From assembly GCA_034670305.1 (NCBI GenBank), contig JAXMNT010000024.1, forward strand, positions 44,658 to 108,657: 64,000 nucleotides of DNA, given 5' to 3'. This stretch comes from Deltaproteobacteria bacterium (GTDB lineage Bacteria; Myxococcota_A; Polyangia; Polyangiales; Houyiibacteriaceae). The translations under genes and the position numbers were made by a program. The notes beneath the pieces were generated by a model that was not told the origin of the DNA, ran no database searches, and was given only the letters and a program-made list of their open reading frames with translations. Below are positions 57,663-64,000 of this stretch, one piece after another; the stretch's first letter is position 1, and each line of letters starts with the position of its first letter.

Positions 57663-58730
57663 TCACAGACCTGCCACCGGCAGTGTAACCGCGTACAGGC
57701 CCTGACGGGCGGTGATGTACAGGGTGCGCCGGTCGGCGCCGCCGAACGCGCAGTTGGCGGGCTGACGGTCCACCGCGATCGTGCCCCACGAGGTTCCGTC
57801 TGGATGGAAGACTTCGACGCCCGCGCTGCCGGTCACGTAGACGTTGCCGGTCTCGTCCACCGCCATGCCGTCCGGGCCAGACACATCCGCGAAGCGCCGC
57901 TCACCAGAGAGGGTTCCGTCGGCCGCGACGTCGAACGCGCGGACCAGCGCGCGCTCGGTGTCGGCCACGTAGAGCACAGACTCGTCCGGCGAGAGTGCGA
58001 TGCCGTTCGGGCGGCGAGAGTCCGCGTCCGTGTACTCGGCGATCAACGTGCCGTCTGGCGTCACGCGGAACACGCCTCGGAAGTCGAGGTCCTGGTCGCC
58101 TTCGGAGCCGTAGCCCGGATCGGTGAAGTACCAGGTGCCGTCGCCTCGAAACACCAGATCGTTTGGCGCGTTCAGGCGCATGCCCATGTACTGGTCGAAC
58201 ACCAACGTCTCCGTCGCGAGGCCACGCACCACGCGCCGCGCGGCCTGCGCGCAGGTGGTCAGGCGGCCGGTGGCGTCGGTGGCGTTGCCGTTCGCCCCGT
58301 TCGAAGGACGCCGCACGATCTCGATCGTGCTGGGTGGCGTGAGCGCGTAGATGGTGGCGTTCCCCGGATCCCCGAACGCGAGGTCGGAGAAGACGAGACG
58401 CGCTTCGGAGTCGCGCCAATGCGGTCCCTCGAGGAATCGAAAGGCGACGTCTTCGTGCCGCTCCGCGACGAGCTCGACCGTGCCGATGCCGTCGAAGGGG
58501 TCGACCGGGTCGCGGGGGCCGGCGTCCGTTCCGGCGTCCTCCGGCACCGGTGCATCGACGCTGGCGTCGAGGTCCGCGGTGTCGGCTCCGGGCGCGTCGC
58601 TGGTGGGCGCGTCGACGGCCGAGTCGGTGCTGCGGGCATCGCGGCCGGCGTCCGTGCCTGCGTCGTCGTCGCCGCAGGCGACCAGAAAGAGTGCGCACGC
58701 GAGCCATGTCGGAGAGGTTCGGAAGGTCAT
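57663..58730 (-). CDS. SMP-30/gluconolactonase family lipoprotein
   Basis: FLVAC lipobox; FLEGPHW, LNAPNDL, YFTDP, PNGIALSPD, GPDGMAVD, NCAFGG. Confidence 0.93.
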   Translation of the reverse strand: MTFRTSPTWLACALFLVACGDDDAGTDAGRDARSTDSAVDAPTSDAPGADTADLDASVDAPVPEDAGTDAGPRDPVDPFDGIGTVELVAERHEDVAFRFLEGPHWRDSEARLVFSDLAFGDPGNATIYALTPPSTIEIVRRPSNGANGNATDATGRLTTCAQAARRVVRGLATETLVFDQYMGMRLNAPNDLVFRGDGTWYFTDPGYGSEGDQDLDFRGVFRVTPDGTLIAEYTDADSRRPNGIALSPDESVLYVADTERALVRAFDVAADGTLSGERRFADVSGPDGMAVDETGNVYVTGSAGVEVFHPDGTSWGTIAVDRQPANCAFGGADRRTLYITARQGLYAVTLPVAGL

Positions 58731-58787
58731 CGTCGAACGGTCTCGTTCCCCCGCCCGGGAGTCAATCGTGCGGGCCGTGTCCGTTGC

Positions 58788-58980
58788 GGAAGCCGACGCC
58801 GATTCCGCCGGCGATGCTGAAGGCGAAGCCGACTCCGAAGCGGATGGCCGAAGCCGAAGCCGATGCCGAAGCCGATGCCGAAGCCGATGCCGAAGCCGAA
58901 GCCGAAGCCGAAGCCGATCGCCGAAGCCGAAGCCGAAGCCGAAGCCGAAGCCGATGCCGAAGCCGATCCCGACTCCGACC
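58788..58980. repeat. intergenic hexamer tract (CCGAAG/CCGATG)n
   Basis: Direct reading. Confidence 0.9.
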
Positions 58981-58988
58981 CGCGCCGG

Positions 58989-60746
58989 TCAACCGCTCGA
59001 CGGATCGAGGCTGCTGGCGGGCGCGTGGGAGGCGCTGAGGCGTTCGGCCAATCCGGCGGCCACGTCGCCTCCGACCAGGGTGAGTTTTCCGGGCGCGACC
59101 TCGGCGGTGCGCATCCAGGGCACGAGCAGGCCCGGTAGAGGCGGACGGCACCAGCACTTTTGGGGGCCAGCTTCGTGCGGACAGATCACGACCTCCAGAT
59201 CTCTGAAGGTGGCGTCGATCGCACGCTGCTGGTCGACCTCGGCGAGTCCTGGCCGCCATCCGAAGATCAACACCTTCGCGTCTTGTGCCCGGAGCGCGTC
59301 GATCCGTGCCTGACGCACCACGCCCTTGGGCCAACTCGGGGCGACCAGCGCGTCCAGCGAAACCGCGAGCCCCGCGTGGTGGTGTCCTGGATCGATCCGC
59401 TCGAAGGGCACGGTCTCGATCTCGGTGAACCCCTCGGCTTCGGTCGGCGGCTCGAAGTGGTCGTAGAAGCTGCGCTGCGCCACCGGCGGGATGAAGCGCG
59501 GATCCTGTTTGGAGAGCTTCTTGATCTCGTCGGGCGATGGGAGCCGGCCGTGCGCAGCGACCATGCGGTCGATGACGTTGATCTCGGCGTCGGCTCGGGG
59601 CGTGTCGAAGAAGACGCAACGCACGCTCGCGCCGGCGGCCCACGCCGCTTCCATGGCGACGCTGCGCTGCGCGCGGCTCGGGTACGTCGCATCCATGAGG
59701 ATGCGCGTGGTGCCTTCTTCGAGTTCGTCGGTCATCGTTTGGGCGAGCTGGTTCAAGCTGCCGCCGCGATCGTCGCGGCTCAGCCGAACGAAGCCTTCTG
59801 CGGTGAGCGCCTTCGCGCGGGTGGACTTGCCGGCGCCCTGCACGCCGACCGTGAGGACGACCTCGCGTTTGGTGGTGCGCACCGCGCGTTCGAGCCGTGG
59901 TTCGCGCACCAGCCGGCCGAGTGGGTATTGCTCGTCGAGCAGGGCGCGTTCGTCGTCGCGCAGGTCGAGGGCGGCGGCCTCTGCGGCCCATCGCGCGGTC
60001 TCGGGCCGGCGCGCGCCGGGGAGCGGGACGAGGAGCGGATGGAGCGAGTAGAGCCACGCGAGCACGATGGTCTGAGGCGACACACCGCGCTGTTCCGCGA
60101 CGAAGCGCAGGTCCTCGTTCTGTCCTAGGCGCTTCCACCGTTTCGGGCCGCCGAGCGGCGAGTGCGCCAGGACGGTGAGGCCATGCGCCAAGCAGTGTTC
60201 GACCACCCCGTTGCGGGCGGCGGTGTCGTCGAAGGGGCTCAGCGCCACCTCGACCATCGCGATGTCTTCCAGTGCCATCGCTTCGCGGAGCTGGTCGAGC
60301 CGCACGTTCGACAGGCCGATGCTTCGGGTCAGGCCTTCCTTCTTCGCGGTCCCGAGCGCGCGGATCGAAGTCGAGAAGGTCGTCTGTCGATCGGGCGCGT
60401 GCAAGAGCAGCACGTCCGGCGCGCGACCGAGCGCGTCGCGACTCTTCGACGCGTGCGCGAGGATGGTTTTGCGGCGCCCATCCGGCCGCCAGCCCACTCG
60501 GCCGCCCATCGCGGTGCGCAACATGCCGCACTTGGTGACCACCGTCAGACCCTGCATCTCACCGAGCACTCGGCGCAGAAGGGCTTCGTTCTGATGCAGG
60601 TCTTTCGGGGTCCGGCCGTAGGCGGCGGCGGTGTCGAAGAGGGTGACCCCCGCTTCCTTGGCGGCGCGCAGCGTCTCCTCCGCGGTCGCGGCGGAGACGG
60701 CCGCTTCGCTCAACCGCATGCAGCCCATTCCGACGTGTCGATGCAC
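58989..60746 (-). CDS. aldo/keto reductase fused to a P-loop (PNK/AAA_33-like) kinase and a degenerate HAD-like domain
   Basis: GMGCMRLS, FDTAAAYG, TKCG, SIGLSNV, HSPLG; GVQGAGKST, DATY; CPH..CWCRPPLPG; start estimated. Confidence 0.82.
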   Translation of the reverse strand: MHRHVGMGCMRLSEAAVSAATAEETLRAAKEAGVTLFDTAAAYGRTPKDLHQNEALLRRVLGEMQGLTVVTKCGMLRTAMGGRVGWRPDGRRKTILAHASKSRDALGRAPDVLLLHAPDRQTTFSTSIRALGTAKKEGLTRSIGLSNVRLDQLREAMALEDIAMVEVALSPFDDTAARNGVVEHCLAHGLTVLAHSPLGGPKRWKRLGQNEDLRFVAEQRGVSPQTIVLAWLYSLHPLLVPLPGARRPETARWAAEAAALDLRDDERALLDEQYPLGRLVREPRLERAVRTTKREVVLTVGVQGAGKSTRAKALTAEGFVRLSRDDRGGSLNQLAQTMTDELEEGTTRILMDATYPSRAQRSVAMEAAWAAGASVRCVFFDTPRADAEINVIDRMVAAHGRLPSPDEIKKLSKQDPRFIPPVAQRSFYDHFEPPTEAEGFTEIETVPFERIDPGHHHAGLAVSLDALVAPSWPKGVVRQARIDALRAQDAKVLIFGWRPGLAEVDQQRAIDATFRDLEVVICPHEAGPQKCWCRPPLPGLLVPWMRTAEVAPGKLTLVGGDVAAGLAERLSASHAPASSLDPSSG

Positions 60747-60868
60747 GCGACGACTATCGCACGTTCCGCATGGAGTAACGTTGCGCCTCGGGCAGCGACC
60801 CTCTCCCTCCGAGGGATGCTCGTCCCTGCGGGCCAACTCATTCCCTCATCCACCCCACGGAGCCGTTT

Positions 60869-62140
<1,272 letters not shown>

Positions 62141-62155
62141 CCCAGTCTTCCGCGA

Positions 62156-62913
62156 CTACTTCGTGGTCGGGGATTTCTTGGCCCCAGGCTTCTTGGCCGG
62201 GGACTTCTTGGCCGCAGACTTCTTGGCCGGGGATTTCTTGGCCCCAGGCTTCTTGGCCGGGGACTTCTTGGCCGCAGACTTCTTGGCCGGGGACTTCTTG
62301 GTCGGGGACTTCTTTGTCGGGGACTTCTTTGTCGGGGACTTCTTGGTCGGGGACTTCTTGGTCGGGGACTTCTTGGCCGGGGACTTCTTGGTCGGGGACT
62401 TCTTGGTCGGGGACTTCTTGGTCGGGGACTTCTTGGCCGGGGACTTCTTGGTCGGGGACTTCTTCCCGGCTTTGGTCTGCGCCCGGACCGCTTCGTAGGA
62501 CGCGATGTAGCCGTCGACGCCGACCTTGGCGATGGCTTGGCCCACGACCTCGAGCGGCACGTCGTCGATCGACCTGAACCGAACGCAGCTCTTGCCCATG
62601 TCGAGCTTCTTGCCGGTGGCTTTCCACGCTTCGCGGAACCAATCGCTGAGCGATTCGTCGCCGTAGACGCACGCCAGGTAGAGCGCCATGTGCTTCTTCT
62701 GGGACGCGATGGCGGCCAGCTGGAGCGGCTGTCCGTTGTACGTGTCCGGATAGCGGGTCAGCGGGATCGTCCAACCGATCATGCCGTACTGAATGCCTTC
62801 CTTAAAACCAGCGGGGAGGTTCTTGTTGATCACCGCCCGGAGTTTGGTGAGCGCGGCTTTGCGGTCCGGCGGGGCAGGGCGGCGAGGTAGGCGGCGGGGG
62901 TGAGGGTGGGCAT
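62156..62913 (-). CDS. DUF1801-like domain protein with histone-H1-like KKSP tail; apparent frameshift near the 5' end
   Basis: [41 protein letters not shown]; 20 KKSP(T/A)-type units. Confidence 0.8.
62165..62465. repeat. 15-bp coding tandem repeat x20 (encodes [10 protein letters not shown])
   Basis: Units such as GGGGACTTCTTGGTC. Confidence 0.95.
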
Positions 62914-62959
62914 GGGGTCGGAAGCTATCAGAGCTGGGTGACATGGGGCCCGCGTCGAA

Positions 62960-63262
62960 ATCCGAAGCGGATGCCTCTGAAGCCGATGCCGACGCCGATG
63001 CCGACCCCGAAGCCGAATCCGAATCCGAAGCCGAAGCCGATGCCGACGCCGAAGCAGACGCCGAAGCCGAAGCAGACGCCGAAGCCGATGCCGAAGCCGA
63101 AGCCGAAGCCGATGCCGAAGCCGATGCCGAAGCCGATGCCGAAGCCGAATCCGAAGCCGAAGCCGAATCCGAAGCCGAAGCCGAAGCCGAAGCCGAAGAA
63201 GACGCCGAAGCCGAAGAAGACGCCGAAGCCGATGCCGGTGCCGAAGCCGATGCCGACTCCGT
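62960..63262. repeat. intergenic hexamer tract (CCGAAG/CCGATG/CCGAAT)n, about 300 bp
   Basis: Direct reading. Confidence 0.92.
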
Positions 63263-63271
63263 TCCGACTGG

Positions 63272-63772
63272 TCAGTCGCCGCGGGTCAGCCGGTCGACGC
63301 GTTTGAGCAGCGTAGGCATGCGGTGTGGGCCCGCCATCTGCTTCACCCACGCGGCGGCTTCGTCGATCGGGCCGGTGGAGGTGACGAAGAGGGGGCGTTT
63401 GGAGTCGCCTCGGAAGACTTCGCGGCCGGGGGCGCCGTGGAACGAGGTCTTGGCGACGCCGACCACGGTGAGGTTCGCGGCACGCTCGCCGAGCGCGTCG
63501 TACAGGTGTCGGCCGAGGCCGGGACGGCCTGGGCCCAGATCCACGTAGCCGTCGACCACGACGCAGCGCGCGTCGGGGAACGCTTCGAGCAGGGGCAACA
63601 CACAGGGGAGCTCGCGGAGGTAGAACTGTCCCGGCTGGTACCCAGCGAACGACTCGAACGTGCGCACCTCTTCCTGGTCCGGCGTCGCCTGGTCCCAGCG
63701 CAGAAAGCCGACGCCCGCGGCGCGCGCCTGGGGAATGGACTCGTCGTAGAGCACGTCGACCGCAACCAGCAT
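63272..63772 (-). CDS. nfi: endonuclease V (short form)
   Basis: [58 protein letters not shown]. Confidence 0.9.
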   Translation of the reverse strand: MLVAVDVLYDESIPQARAAGVGFLRWDQATPDQEEVRTFESFAGYQPGQFYLRELPCVLPLLEAFPDARCVVVDGYVDLGPGRPGLGRHLYDALGERAANLTVVGVAKTSFHGAPGREVFRGDSKRPLFVTSTGPIDEAAAWVKQMAGPHRMPTLLKRVDRLTRGD

Positions 63773-63809
63773 CGCCGCATCCTAACCACCGCCGCTGAGC
63801 CCGCTTCCT

Positions 63810-63918
63810 GGATCGGCGTCGGCTTCGGAGTCGGCTTCGGGATCGGCTACGCGCCCTCGGCTCGGCGTTCCCGCCGCAGCCTGCCCCTTGCCCCTGCCCT
63901 TGCCTTTGCCCTTGCCCG
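63810..63918. repeat. short hexamer tracts (NNTCGG)n plus (CCCTTG)n
   Basis: Direct reading. Confidence 0.8.
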
Positions 63919-63922
63919 CGGA

Positions 63923-64000
63923 TCAGCGGTCAGATCGCTTGATCAGCGCGACGAGCATCGCGACGACCTGCTCGAGGTGGGCGAGAGCCCGTTCGATATC
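63923..64000 (-). CDS. 3' end of a truncated gene, possibly a four-helix bundle (IVP/Avd-like) protein
   Basis: Reads DIERALAHLEQVVAMLVALIKRSDR*; an L..VVAML..L amphipathic terminal helix. Confidence 0.4.
   Translation of the reverse strand, partial: DIERALAHLEQVVAMLVALIKRSDR

Noticed and set aside
62928-63548. ORFs made of EAEADA, PKPKPM or GFGFGI repeats (also near 18761, 44671, 50815, 58863)
   Set aside because: These are stop-free translations of the hexamer tracts in several frames, with no supporting start context

Overview
High-GC, gene-dense bacterial chromosome segment. MglBA, MYXO-CTERM-like tails, Cys-rich lipoproteins and Hanks-type kinases point to a myxobacterium (Myxococcota; a Polyangiales/Sandaracinus-like lineage is an inference). 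Housekeeping genes: panB, panC, ftsEX plus an M23/EnvC-like gene, thiC behind a TPP riboswitch, leuS, mglB-mglA, sppA, a citrate synthase pair, plsC-like, ATP-dependent DNA ligase and endonuclease V, among many secreted or lipoprotein genes. I see no rRNA, tRNA, CRISPR array or transposase. The most unusual signals are non-coding. (1) A modular hairpin repeat with compensatory base changes occurs twice in direct orientation and brackets a four-gene block (MglA paralog, pseudo-PP2C, CglD-like adhesin, J-domain protein). (2) Eight intergenic degenerate hexamer tracts occur, mostly reading (CUUCGG)n-like on the transcribed strand; one sits beside a probable four-helix-bundle gene at the window edge. 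Unusual fusions include SWIM-ligase-WGR, AKR-kinase-HAD, WrbA-cupin and DUF1801 with a KKSP tail. Start codons were chosen by eye and domain calls rest on motif recognition, not database searches.
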